Source of the DNA: Perna viridis
Taxonomy: Eukaryota
Length of the DNA stretch: 64,000 nt
NCBI GenBank assembly: GCA_037379345.1
Contig: CM074511.1
Coordinates: forward strand, 35,594,862 to 35,658,861
Reading direction: 5' to 3'
The notes under the pieces were generated by a model that saw nothing but the letters and a program-made list of their open reading frames with translations, ran no database searches and had not been told where the DNA came from. The translations under genes and the position numbers were made by a program. Below, piece after piece: positions 13,601 to 28,235 of the stretch. The stretch's first letter is position 1, and each line of letters starts with the position of its first letter.

Positions 13601-16600
13601 TTTGTCAGACACAATCAAATGAATATACAAAGAAAACATCTTGCTAACAGTGAATTGTCACTCCATGCAAGATTATCTCAGCAGCAGCAAGGCACTAATG
13701 TCATTTTGATTTGAAATCATTCTTTGCAACCTCTTCCCATCTCTCCTGAATCTAATTTCTTGGATAGTATGGTTACGTCAAGAACTCTTTCTAGAGCAGA
13801 AAACAGTTGACTTAATGTCAATGATTTTATTGTTATAAGGTAGGAATAACTCTATAATGGTTATCCAACTATAAACCAAATGATTTTTTTTTCATTATTT
13901 GAAAGGTGGTTGTCTTGTCACATTGACTTTTCTTATTATTTCAACAAGACCTTTTTCCCTAACTTCTGATGACTTCAAATTCTTCATTAACAACCTATAA
14001 AACTCTTGACTTCTTCAATGACTTCTCCCAATACTCTCTAAGACCCTCCAACTTTCTAAGACCTCCCCATAACTCTCAGATATTTCCTCAATGTACCCAA
14101 TGATTGTGTTTTCATTAACATTACCAAAACTCTTTTATTCATCCATAACCTTTCTATGACACTCTTCAACTCTTCCACAAACTTCCTGAGGCTCTCTACT
14201 ATTCTGCTAACCCACTACTACACAATATATTACAATGAATCTTTTTTGTTTCATTTTTTTTTTCAATCCATCTACCCACTCATCTTATCAGTCCATAACA
14301 GCTCCTCTTTCCAAACGATGTTCAATTTGTTTCAATTGTTGGAGGCTTATGTCCAATTGCTGGTTCACTAAGTCTCATTAAACTGTCATCACCAAGTAAT
14401 CAACAGAGAGACTAATGTATATTGAACTACTTGTAGATTACTTATTATATCTATTCTTTGAAGAGTATCTCAAGTATTATTACAAATGCCAAATCAAAAT
14501 AGATTAAAAACTGAGGAAACATAAATTCCCATCTTCTTCCCCAATATTCATCACAGCTGGTCATACATACAGCACACAACAGGTGAAAGTTTCTATAAAG
14601 ATTGCAATACAGTCATCAGAAGATTTCAACTTTATGCTTCCTGGTGCCTTTCCCTACTGTTTACAGTAAAATTACCATGTCAACTGTACTGACATGCCAA
14701 CATGTTAAAACTATACCAATTTAACCCAGACAGCCATAATGATGTTAGGATTTCTACAAAATATGCTGGAAGAAAAAAAAACAGGAAAAAGAATAACAAC
14801 CTTAGAAAAGATCATAACACCACTAGCTTAGTGGCTTAAGGGAGTGGAGGATAGATTGAAATGCTAATGCCTTACAGCTCTCCCATAATTCACATTTGGC
14901 TGCATAGTAAATGACAATACTTCATAGTTTAATATGCATCCCAACATAAATATCTGTAAGATAATTGCATTTTCAATTACCATACAACTGCAAACCAATT
15001 ACATTATGTATTTCACTATTACTGGAAGCCCCAAGTATTTAATGCCCCTATAATCTGCACTGTATACTGTAAACACTAAATTCCATCAAAATACTCCAGC
15101 AAAATGAAATTCCACAGCAAAACATTTGTGAGATATTTTTCAAGTTTTGTCATGTTTTCAAAAGCAGATCCTGATAAGTTGGTTCCCTCGAGTTTACTCT
15201 AAATTAATACTAGTATCAATGAGAAACTGAAGCTATCATAAAACCTTCATCATATTCAACTGTTATATCAATTTTGCAGCCATTATCTTCATTTTGATGG
15301 TTTTTGCAATAATATTTATGGAAGATTACCATCACATATTTAATGGAAAACTTTTCAATTTACTATTTTGTTTTAAATGCAAAAACTGCTGTTTAGAATA
15401 TTTGAAAGATTTTTTTTTTAGTCAATATCATTATTAGCTTTTACTTGTTCAACACAAGTGGAAATGAGACAATAACAGCTTGGTGAATTGCACAAATAAG
15501 CCCCTCTTTCCTAACTGATGACTCTGTCAATAGACTACATTGTACTACCAGGCAGTTCTATTTTTACTCTGTTACCAATATTTTCAATGCAAATTTTAAA
15601 ACTTAAAAAATTTCTATGAAAAACAGGACATTTTCAGTCTTCTTGGCGTCGTGACAGACTATCATTCATAGTAACTATGATACAGCCCTCAAATCTTTCC
15701 CTGTTATGGCCAACTTTTATTATTACCCAACAGTGACCCAACATCTATGTAGAACCTTTTATTCAGCTCATGAATTTCTGAAATAAGGCCATCACTAAAA
15801 GATATTCTAGCCCAAGCAAATCTAATACATCACCAAAAAAACATACTTATAAAAAGAAACCAGTTGTTGCCCACCTTTCCCCTTCAAAAAGATATGGGGC
15901 TTTTTATGTGTGATCATTCATGTCAGAGATGTATTACTAACCCTCAAAGATGAAAAATTGTAAATATTCTTTCATAAGTAATCCATTTCCTTAAGCTTTG
16001 AAGCTAATAGCTTCAAAATAATTCATAATGCATAGTTCCCCATGATGGATTAGCGAAGGCAAAAAACAAGTTCTGTTACTTGCTATTCAATATATTTTTT
16101 TATACCAACATACTTCAAATGAACCAGTATAATATACATCATTTTGCTTCAATGAATTCTGAGCTGTGCCAAAACAAATTTAATTTGATTTTATAAATGA
16201 ATTAGCAATAAATTATTTATAGCAAATGCACTTCTAACTGAAGCATGTTAAAACCCAATAGTCAAAATTCATGGATGCTTCAAAGTTTTCTTTAATATCC
16301 AATATTTCTATACATTTCAATAAATAATAACTAAATATTCTTTATGCTTGATCATCCGTTTTTCTTTTTTAATGTTCCTGTCTCACTTCACCAAATATTC
16401 CCCCCCACCAAACATGGTTCCAACATTTGTACTTTAGCTTGTTTGGCCATCCCAGTGTAAACATGATATGGGAAAAAATACTGACTGCATCAACTAATGC
16501 TTCAAGTCAACAATTTCTTGTATGACTGCTACCTTTGCTACACTATCTAATGTTAATTGGCTGATGAATTGCTCTGGAAATAGTCTGAGTAATAAGATTA

Positions 16601-19600
16601 AAATACTAACCAAGGGCAAGTAACTGGCAAACACAATGGAATACAAGTCAAGTGAACCTTTTTTATAGAAAATACAAAGGTAAAATAGTATGGACTTCAT
16701 GTCCGAGACACTGATGCTGCAAAATGTTGTTTATTTATAAGGGCCCACAGAAATCTATGAAGTCTGCCCACTTCATAACAAATAAAATTTTAAAAAAATT
16801 TAAACCTTTCTTGAAAGAAGAACGGCAAAAAGATATCAAAATCTTATTTCATAATGACAAAACTTTACATACATGTATCTATCAACCAGAAAATCTACTA
16901 CCTTTTATAACCAGGTTCAAAATAATTAATTCTCAAGGCTTAATTTATCTATCAAAACATAAGGTAACACAACTTTTCTTAATTTCTGTCATTTGCAAAG
17001 ACAATTAATTATACATGTCATAACATCATTTAATTTACATTCTGCCTTACACATTATTTGTGACATACCACGTTCAACAAATTAACCTCAGATTAATAAT
17101 TTTTATTTCATATTCTTCATGCCATTCACTGGCAATGATGTATTACAAAATTGGTCTATTCAACATTCAAAATACTCTCCATATGTAAAGCTTGAAGTCA
17201 TCTGAATTAGAGCTAGACTTACAAATATATTACCAAACTCTTAAAAAACACTGAAGCAGCCAATACTGTTAACAAATAATGTTTTACCAAAAAAAAATGA
17301 GAAAAAAAAAAATATTTTCCTAGCTCAGGATAGACCACAGACATTTTTTTTCTTACTTTTGTAATGTTACAAAAATATACAGAACTTTCCTCTTTCTGAA
17401 CATTTGAGATGACTAAGAAAGACTTCAAACAGGCCTTTAGATACAAAGATATGCTGTTCTTTTTGTTTTGTTCTTCCTCCATTTTTTAGTCAAAGCTGTT
17501 TATATCATTCTGTAGGGTGTTGTAAAATTTGCCTACAGTTGTGCAGAGTATTTTAAAATTTCTATAAAAAAAACCCAAAAAAAACCATGTTGATGGATTT
17601 ATGCCTTGTACCTGTTTTATCACAGTCATAATGATTTGTTATGCACCTGCTTAAAATCAAGAGGTTTACTCTGTCTTAAGATAATAACAATTTCTATATT
17701 GTAAATGTTTTCTTTCAGATCTTAAATTAAAAAAATTTCAGTCTGTCAGTTCGTTACAAGAAACAAAAGTACACTTGTTTATTTCCTTAGTTTCATGTTG
17801 TGTTAGAGAACACCAGAGACTTCGCACAGCTTTTCAGCACTTCATGACAAACACCTCTTTGATCCTGGTCCATCCAGATCTCACCTAATCTTCACACCTG
17901 TTTATATCATGTTACTTTTTCAATTATCATTTGATGTTCATTTTACACTACGTATATCTCACACCTGGTCGGTTTTACATTTTTCCTTAAGTCTCAGTAG
18001 ATGATCTAAGACAGTGATACCTTAGAAACACTGTTCTTTTCTAGGAGATTTCCACCCGACAATAACAGCCTTTACAATCTTAGGCAAAAAAATGTCCCTA
18101 CCATATTTTTAACATTTGTTATTTGCTAGTAATTATCTGAAAGCATGAAAAGTCAATTTGCTGGTACCAGCAGATTCCTTTAAGAAAATCTTATCTTCTT
18201 GAGGTTCTTCACAAATGATTGCTTTTTTTGTTAATTATCGCTGGAATGAGAAAATATGTATACTTTAAGTGGTTGATTTTTCATTTTCTGACAAATGAAA
18301 ATTGTTTTTGTACTTCTTATCATTAGTAAAATCAAACAACCTGGATTTTAAAATAGCTCTTTGCTTTAAATCAAAACTATACAACATGCCAAGGAAGCAA
18401 TCTTAAATGATTTTACACCTGACAATTATTGCCATGTTGAATTTGTTTCACCTTTTCTCTTCTCTCCCTGATGAAGTGAGGAAGAAGAAATCAGCAGTTT
18501 AAAGAGATTACAAATTTGCTTAAAATTATTATCAAAGATTATCCCATACTTTTGTTCCTAAACTGTGAAAGATACAGCTGAAATATCACTTGAGATTGAA
18601 AATCTTGCAAGACTGCATCCTTTAATGTTGAAAACACATACTTAATCTCAAGCTGCATAGATTACACTTGGCTTGGTCTGACAAGTGCAGAAGCATGCAG
18701 ATTTTATATTCTCCAGGTACATCTTGTAAAGAAATCATATCAATGAGGGCTGAATGCCTTTGATGTTTTGGATAGATGTAGTCTTTTGAAGATTTAATGT
18801 TCTACAATTACAACCCTTTATTACAGATAATGATAGATCTAAGTCAATATTATATCACTACCACTCCAACTTAGCTTTTTTCTCTCTCATTGTGGTTCAA
18901 TGAAAATTCTAAGTAATCAAGATAGGGCAAAAAGAGGTTTCCTGTTTCTTCATTTGATTTCGAAATTAATGCAAAATTTATTACATGTAATGAGATTGCT
19001 AGAAGCCTGATTGGAATGCAAAATTTATAAAGCCTTACAAATGAACTCAGAAAAGATATAATTACGTTGAATATTCTTCTAACTGCTGGTAACTAAATGG
19101 TTTTTTGACTGGTACCAACAGGCTAACAGATCAAGAACATGATACACAGAACCCTCTATATATCAAGTAGCATTTCTGTATAGGTAGGAACTGGCATTGC
19201 TATTCTTCTATGATGGCATAATGTTTCATTGCTTTAATACTCTTTCCTCAATGCATTTCATATTTCCTTTAATTTTTCTACACATTGTTGTGTCTTCTAT
19301 ATTTATTGTGTTCCACTTGCTTATACTGTTTTGGCATGCAGCTGCAAAATTGACCAGGATTACACATGTATTTTTCTTTTCTAACACAACTACTAAGTCT
19401 GTTACCATGAAAACAGATTACCAAAATAAAGAAGCTGTCAAATATAAAAAGTTACATCACATCACAAATACACATGTTCATGACAACCTGATTAAAAAAG
19501 AAATAGAATTTTAGAACCTAAAACAATATAACTTGTTACTGTTGCGTCCATAACCTTAAGATGTTTCTGTTCAGAAGGAAACAAATCCACTTCAAAGTGC

Positions 19601-22600
19601 TTTCTATCATATACGATGAATTCATTTGTATTATGTTCATTTGTTGAATGTGTTCACATCTGTCTTGTATGGAAGCTTGATGATTTTTATAGGATCAGCT
19701 GATGGTAATTATTTTTTACCAATCAGTACTTGAATTAATATCTTGAAGCAACGTCTGTACAAACACTTTCACTTTATTTTTACCCATATCCTATAGACTG
19801 CACTGAAGAACATTTCTAATCATGGAAAGGTCTATATCTCTAAGTTAGATGCATCCATTAGTTGAAAATGTTCACATTTCTCTGTATGAGCGGACTGCTT
19901 CCTGAATAAATTGCTGGACATGACAGCAAAATAATTAGCAATTGAGGACACAATGTTTCTTAGAAATAGAGATTATTGGATACAAATATCCAATTTGCAA
20001 TGAAATGAGGATTTGGCCCAAGTGTAAAGAATCTCTGTTGACAATGACCACAGGCAAAAGCTTGTAGGCCTCACATTTGCTGTCATACACAAGAACTTAT
20101 TTCCATTTTAAGCCCTTTACTTGTTTATGTTTTTGCACAAGATTCACATCAGCAAAACATCAGCATTTGTTGAAAAATTCTTTGCTCCTACTTACTAAAT
20201 AGAAATCACCATATTTTGCATCATTCTTTTTTTTTATTAGACATAGACATCCATACCTCCTTTACTTTTGACTGTGCTACAATATCTTTTACAGTTAAGC
20301 TGCGTTCATGACACAGACATTTTATCAAATCTTTCACTTCTTAAGTTGGATAAAACCAATTTATTTTGAATTTTATCTCTCACTCCCTTCCTCTAATAAA
20401 ACTCTTAGTAAATTTGGTGCTGGTCTTGTTTTAGGATATGAAAATTGAAAAGGAAAAGAACAGCATTCCTTGAACAGTAAAAAACACATTGCAGTTTCAA
20501 ATAGTAGTCAAACTGCCAGTTTCAAGTGCCAACATCTTTTAAAAATTCCCCAAATAGATAACGAAATAGAAATGAGTTTTTACATGTACTGAAGCCACTA
20601 CAATATATAAGGATTGAATTTTTCAAACGTTCTTCTAAACACTATAGCAGACCGGTAACTAGGCTACATCATGTATTTCCGACAATATCATGTCAAAGCA
20701 TATTCTGGGGTGTTTTTTTTCTCCACTCTTAGATACAAGCTTGTACATTGCTTCCTCAGGGAATAGAATTTTCCCCCTCAAAATGTATTTTTCATACAGC
20801 TTATCAATCAAACAAGAATGATATTGTCATTAAATTGGGAACATAATCATACTAATATGGATGAATATTTCATGTTATTTTGATTAATGTACCCCCTGAC
20901 ATTTTATCTTAAAATGTTTTTTTTTGTTTTTGTTTTCCTTTCATACTAATTATTAAGAAGGTAGGAGTTCTTATCATTCATTTTTTTAACCACCACCATA
21001 ACAAGTCGACAAATGTTAAACATGGGCAAGTCCAGTGATGAACTAATAAAATTTATTCCAATGCAGCCTTCCTTTTAATATCTATGGACACTTCAGTACT
21101 GGTTTTAAGAATCAGCCTGCACAACTGGACTCGAGCACTAAAAAGATAAGCTCTAAATGTCAAGATGATAGCTGAACTTAAATTCCAAACATCAAACCAA
21201 AATTTAAAGTCTGCACAACTATCCTCTCAAAGACTGCCACTGAAAAAATTTCCAAACAGAAGATCAACAAATATAAGCCAGCAATGAAACAGAATTATAA
21301 TTCAGAGCAAGAGAGATATGTCATGACAATCAATAGAAATTTCTGATTCAACAATAATTGAACTGAATAGATGAATTAAACATGTTAAGTAGCTTGTCAA
21401 GAGAACGAAAAGGGTCTAACCAAGCGTGCATTGGAAATTAAACTATCGGCCTCTTATGTATATGCTATCATTCATCAAAGCAAATCCACTCTTGATCAAA
21501 ACCTTTGCATCCATAAACATTCCTTCCAATACTGCTACTAGACTCCTTTCATGTATCACAACCAATTAATTCTGCTTCTCCCTGAGAGCATGGATAAGGT
21601 TGCTATTCAGCGAAATATAAAGACTCTTCAAAAATATATATTTATGATATAATACCAAGCTTTATCAAAGATGACTAGATTCATATATCACAATTTTCTT
21701 TCATTGGTAGGGAAATTTCCTCCTTGGTGTATGAAAAGAGAAATTCTATCATTTTAAAGCTAAAAAAAAATAAATGAAAGGATTCATGCCAAGACAAGCT
21801 TTAGACAACAGTGATGTCTTTCTTTCTGAATTAACTGTATTTTAATCATCTCTCCAGTGAATAGCTCCATTACTCTTGCTAAATTTGAAGTTCTTATTGC
21901 TTGTGGGTTCAGCCCATCAAAATCTGCTTCATTTCATCATTTCACTAGAAAGCTATAATGGAATGGACCCTTCAAGTCTCCTTGAACAAGTCAAACTAAT
22001 GTATTGTACCAAAGCAAACATATATTCAAATTTTGATTTAAACATGACCTTTATGCTTGAAGTGAAATATTATTCTATGCCAAACCTCCACATTTTGAAA
22101 CCCCCTTCTCTTTCCTGCATGTGAAGGTCTTGGTACTACAAGTTTTAGTTTAGATGGTTCACTACTAACTTTCTTGGTTGATTTAATTTTTTGACAAGTT
22201 TCATGTTGAGCCTTGTCAATAATTCAGTGGGTACTGAAACTAGACTATCATGTATTTTCCTCAACTCTTCCTCATCATGATACTTAGCTATGCTTAGAAA
22301 GTGTATTACAAGGTATAATGTCACATACACAAGAATGCACAGAATACCTACTATTCTACATTGAAACATAGAAATAGGCTAGTTAGTATGTTGGGTAAAA
22401 CTCATTTTACTATATCAATGACAATTTCGTGGCTTCTATGTGGTTTTTGAGATGAAAGCTACATTCTTTGCTCTGAATCTTCATTTCATATTCAACAGTG
22501 GTCCAATATTGTCCAATTAGTTATTTTGTACATTCAATACTGAATGCAATAAACATTTCCATATTAATCCATTCTAAAGTTGACATTCTAATTGTACTAT

Positions 22601-25600
22601 TCAACCAAAACAACTCAGCTTTGATACTGCATTAAGCAACTAACAATAAAAATATTTGCAAGCAAATATTCCATTAAGTTGCATCAAATGCATGCTAACA
22701 CACACACCCACTTAATTTCAAACAATTAATTACTAAGAACCCATATATTATTTGAAATTGGTGGGTAACTAAACAACTGCCACACTTGAAATGACTAAAC
22801 CTAGGAACCTAGACTACATTCCCCCTAATTTCAAACTTGAAACCATACAACAAAGCAATTACCACACTGCTAAATTCATTTTTGTCCACCATAAAAGATA
22901 CCTAGTCAAATCCAATTTAATAATTCATTTCCTTTTACTCTCAACGACAAAGCTATTTCTACCAGCAACTATATAGTTTTAATGGAGTGCATAAAACAAA
23001 TATAATATCTGTAAAATCACTATAATGCATTTGTTTGCATGGTGTCATGTTGTAAAATGTCATTTGGCGAGGGAAACACAATATCGCCTCTTTTTATAAT
23101 GGAAAAATCTGTTTTTTCTGGAATTAAAGTGATCAAAGGATATTATTCCTTTCATGCAAAACCATTTTCCCTCTGCACATTCCAATTTGTATTGCAGGTA
23201 CAAGGTCTCATGATTACAGTAGATAAATATTCATGTTCAGTCCATATTCAATTGTAAATTATAAGTTGCATCATAATACTGCTCCAAATACTGAAGAGAG
23301 AGAAGAATGTCTGCCACCTCTTTCACAGGCAACCCCCACTTAATGCTCATAAAGTGCTGACCCTTGAGCATCTTTTGTTCCAACAAAAATCCATTCATTT
23401 ATATTTTATACATCTTAAAAACGAAATCAAATTTCTTTTTTGTACAGAAAACATCAGAGAAACAGATCAGCCAGGGAGTCTGCTTCTAGGATTTATCTGA
23501 TTTCTTCATATCCTAAAGTGGGCTTTGTGATGTAGTATTTCTTACTAAACCCCATTTTAGGCTATCTTTGGCTAAGCTTCATAAACCCAATCTTTTTGGA
23601 AACCACTCAAGAGAGAACTATTGTCAGTTGGCATAATTTGAACATGGCAATAAAGCAAAACTCTAAAAACCAGAAAGAACAAAGTGGCTTTTGTAATCAT
23701 TATTAGATGGCATTCTGACATTGGTTGTTCTCTGACAGGAATTCCATTTCCTTTCTGGTTTCATTAATATCTGTACTCTATGTACCATACACAATAACAC
23801 TGTCATGTGGGCTTTAACATCCTCCCCCACTGATTCTATCAATTTCTAAATTGGATGATTAAAGTCCAATGTAAGCAAGAAAAACAGCAGGTTGCCTCAC
23901 AAAACATCTATTCCATGTCACTGCTGTTTCATCATAAACATACATATTTAGATCAAACCTACAACAATTAGGTACAAAAGTATGTCTATCTGTTCTAGTA
24001 ACTAATTTTCCCCAAGATTGATTATTATAATCTTCTCAAACTTGAATTTACCCTTAAAGATGGATTTTCAATATTTAGGTTTGAAATGTTTTGAAAATAT
24101 TTATCACTAAATGTCTATAACAATATAGTGTAAGAGGCATCATGTAGATTACTTATCTTCCCAGTTGATGACCAGTTTAATTAAATCAACTAACTTCATC
24201 TCTCTGTTGTGCATGATCACCAACAAAACAATTACGATAATGAACCTTACTTCAATAACAGACAAGCCACATTATATTTCCATCCTTACATCACAAACTA
24301 CAGAAGAAGCCAAGTAACATCAAAACACTTCCAAAACATTGTAAGAGCCATCATCCCAGAGCACAAACAACTTCTTCCTTTTGACTATAAACTCAAAGAC
24401 TATACATCATAATCAGGATTTTTGGATGTCAGTAGTTCCCCATCAATCTCTCAAAGAGCAACTCAATATAACTTAATCATAATACCAGTCAATGAATTAA
24501 CCCTGAAACTGACACTTTAACCTGTGTAATTCTTCATCTTATACAGCCATAAGTATATCATATCAAAAACAGTGTCTCGTTCATTCACTGAACACTCTCC
24601 CCCTCTCTCTCTGCTTGTTGTGCTTTTATATTGATACAGCCTTCAGGGACCAGATCCATAGCCCCCTCTAAACTTTTGTACTTCACTTTTTGCTGTAAGT
24701 ACATGACCATTATATTAGCTCTTAAAAATAACAACCACTGCATTGTATTTGTTTGGCCTGCAGTACACCACCTAGCTTAAAGCTTTATCTAGTTAAAATA
24801 CAGATCTATGCATTAAGCCAAATTTATTCTCCCTTCCTCCACACTTAAAAGTGACTGTTTTAGCAAATGACTGATTTGAAAAGCTACAGTAAATCTTATA
24901 TCTCTCCTTCACTGATCTGATTTATTTATCTGTCTAAGGCTCTGCCATTAATGGCATGACATTAAGTTCAATTTTCTTTTTTTTTCAAATGGATTTTCTT
25001 TCAAGCTTAGTGAAATAACTGTGATTACTTAAACCAGGGATTATTTTCTCCTTGTCAGAACTGGTAAATCATCTAAGATCCAACATCAAAGAGCTCTACA
25101 CAGACCATAATTAGTTGGTACAACTTCAATATAAAGTGGTACAAAGCAAGCCAATGTCTTTTTGATGTAACATAAATTACAAATCCATGTTCCAATTTCT
25201 GATATAAAAATTGCAAACTGCACAATTACTGATTTATATTACTCTATATAATAGGCAATTAGCAAGAGAATTTCAATATAAAATGTTTTCCTTGATCTTA
25301 TCATATAAGTACGAGTTAAGAATTAGGTGCCTGAAAAAGTCTCCAATTAGCTGAGTTGAATTTCTTGTATGAAAAGATTTTCTCCTATACTCATGCTACT
25401 GCTATATTGTATACATGAAATGATTTATTTCTCCACATAAAAACCTAATCATTGTTCAATTTTCTCCTTGATGAAGTGTACCAATACTCCTCTTTTATAC
25501 CTAGAATAAATATTTACCAGGTAATAAACTTAATTGAAGTTTAATGTAAACACAGGCAGTTAAAGCTACAACCCTTCAAAACAGTATGCAACTGTGCAAT

Positions 25601-27152
25601 TAATTGTGATTACTACATTTGAAGAATTATGACACTTGTGCACTAAATGCCTTCTAACACTGCAACTATGAACAATTTTTTTTCTTTTCTAAAATCCACT
25701 CTCAAACTTGTTTTTTTTTTTGTCTATAAATCTTAAACAATGATTTTCAATGCATTTCCCACTTGCAGAGCAGGCATACAATCCTATCCAGGGCTTCTGG
25801 TGCTTGCCACAGCCAATGCATTCTTTAGCTTGTCAGTTAAACTATTGCTTTTTTGATGTTTCATAACTTCTTCAGTTTTCTCAAGTTCCAGTCAGACTTA
25901 ACCATTTAGGCCAAGTTATTAATATTTCACAAGCTGTCTCCCAAAAATGGCATACTAAAACTCACCCACCATTATGTACAAATCAACATTCATAGCATTT
26001 CTTTTCTGAAGCCAATTCTTTCAACTGTGAACCATTTTAGTAGTACAATATGTCTAGTTTCGATGTCATAAAAATGCTAATCAATAAATATTACAACTCT
26101 GAATGCTTTTTGAAGGGAGGAAACAACAATAAAAAGAAACACTTCAATGTAATTTTTATTTAACATGTATTTTCATAAAGTTACATATTACAACTGAAAT
26201 GATAAAACATGATGATAAAACTCAATATATGATCATGAATTTCTGAGAAACAGACACATTTGGATGCATATATCAATTTCATTGACCAATATAAGCCAAT
26301 AGAAATCTATTGGAAAATCTTTATTTTGCAATTAGTATGAAAAGATTTGGTTGTTTAGAACCTATTTGGTTGATAAATGACATCAAAGGGATTAGAAATG
26401 TACAATAAATAACCTGATGATCGGGATATTAAAAACAGTACACCAATCTGTATTGACATTACATGCAAACCAGGGAATAAAAGAGGAAGTAATTCAATTC
26501 AATCTGCCAAAGAAGATTAGATCAAAAGGCTTCAACTTGATGACTAAATCATATGAAAAGTTGGTGAAGTACCTGTAAAAGTCATTCAAAATTTTGATGA
26601 AAATTGTATTTCATTTTTGCAGGGTCGAAAGTACAAGATTTGCAATGATGATCTTATTCATTGACACTTTGACACTAAACTTCCACAGTTGGAGGTAAGG
26701 CTTCAAGTTTTTATTTCCTATTAACGTTTTTGTTTGAATATTTGCAACAAGCAAAGCACACTTACCTCCCTTGTTTTGAGGGATATGAAATTATCTCCCT
26801 TAGGACCTTCATGGAGAGGACAACCAGAGTTATTTCCCATTGTATATTGTTATACATTTTGTATTATTTCTACTTGGTGTTAAAATTTTAGTAAACTACA
26901 ACAACAATGATACATTTCCACACAAAGCAAAAGCGAAATTGTTACTTTTTTAAATAAATAATCTTCAAAGGATAGAAAGGTAAATGACAAACAGTATACT
27001 GTGTTAAATGAAGAACCTATATGTATTTCTGAAATTATTGTTGAAATTCGTGATCAGTTTGTATTAGTATGTATTTTGAATGAATATATCTTAAAAGTGA
27101 GTTTGTTTGTACATGTATATGTACTAGAAAGTAAATGTATAAATCAAGAATA

Positions 27153-27377
27153 GGCCAAAAAAAAAAATACCAGTGTTTCTACTAACATGCTCTTAAAAAA
27201 CTAGGGTCGAAAGTTTGGAATTTTTTTTCAACATTTTTCAAGGTTTTTGACCAATTTTTATTCAGGCACATACAGACTTTATAAGTGCTTGTCAAAAAAT
27301 ACCAAAAACCTTGAGGGTAGGCACAAAAAATTAGGGCCAGTAGGGTTAGCAAAAACACAGGTAATATTTTTTAGGCC
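27153..27377. mobile_element. MITE with ~35-bp imperfect terminal inverted repeats (GGCC termini)
   Basis: Left GGCCAAAAAAAAAAATACCAGTGTTTCTACTAAC versus reverse complement of the right end GGCCTAAAAAATATTACCTGTGTTTTTGCTAAC; internal AAAAA.TAGGG motifs; non-coding. Confidence 0.72.
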
Positions 27378-28172
27378 ATATATTTATCTTACTTCAAATA
27401 AAAACGAAAAACAAAAACAAACAAATACATAAAATCTGGTTTTCACTGTACATTTTTTTTTAATTGTTAATAACTACAGAAAGAAAAAAAGCCATGAATG
27501 AAAGAAATATAGAGGTAGTGAAGAGATATCAGAATTTCAGCAAATGGTAATTTACAACATGAAACTGGCAAGACAACAATCCCATATTTTTTATACTGTA
27601 TTTATGACATATCTGGACTAATCATAATATTCAGCTTTCATGACCTTCAGTTAAAGACTTACTTGTATTGTTTTTAACATTTTTCATTATCAGGAAAATC
27701 TCCCACAAGCGAAGATGACAATTAGGAGGAATTACATACATGTCAAATATGACATATCAAAAACCCAAATCTAATAAGTTCATACGATAAGTAAGAAAAA
27801 AATGGAATCTTGAAATTACAAAAAGGACTAAAGAACTGGTGGTTTGTAAGTGACTTCAATCAAAATTATTTACAAAGCCTTTTTCTCATGTTCAAAATAT
27901 AAATTTCCACTTAAATTTAAAATGGACACTTGCTGACTGACTGTTCCACATATGCAAAAAAAACAAAAAAACAAAAAAACAAAAACCAAAAAAAATGAAG
28001 TAATGTATCTAATAAACATAGAGCCAAAACCTGCCTGTATTTCATGTTGTAAATTTTATTTGGAGTAATTCAGTATCACAAATGGTATAAAACTACCTTG
28101 AGAAATAGAAAGGCAACAACAAGATGGTGACAACATTCATGTATAGAAATGTATACATTGTTGTTTACTCAC

Positions 28173-28235
28173 TTGGTTGGGCCCCATCATAGGGGGATGT
28201 GGCTGTGAATGGGGGGACGGCTGTGAGGCTGGCGG
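28173..28235 (-). CDS. SSBP3: SSBP/SSDP coding exon 7 (PPASQPSPHSQPHPPMMGPNQ)
   Basis: tattgttAG|CCG acceptor, CAA|GTGAGT donor, 63 nt; similar to the SQPSPHAQP...MMGP segment of vertebrate SSBP3. Confidence 0.92.
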
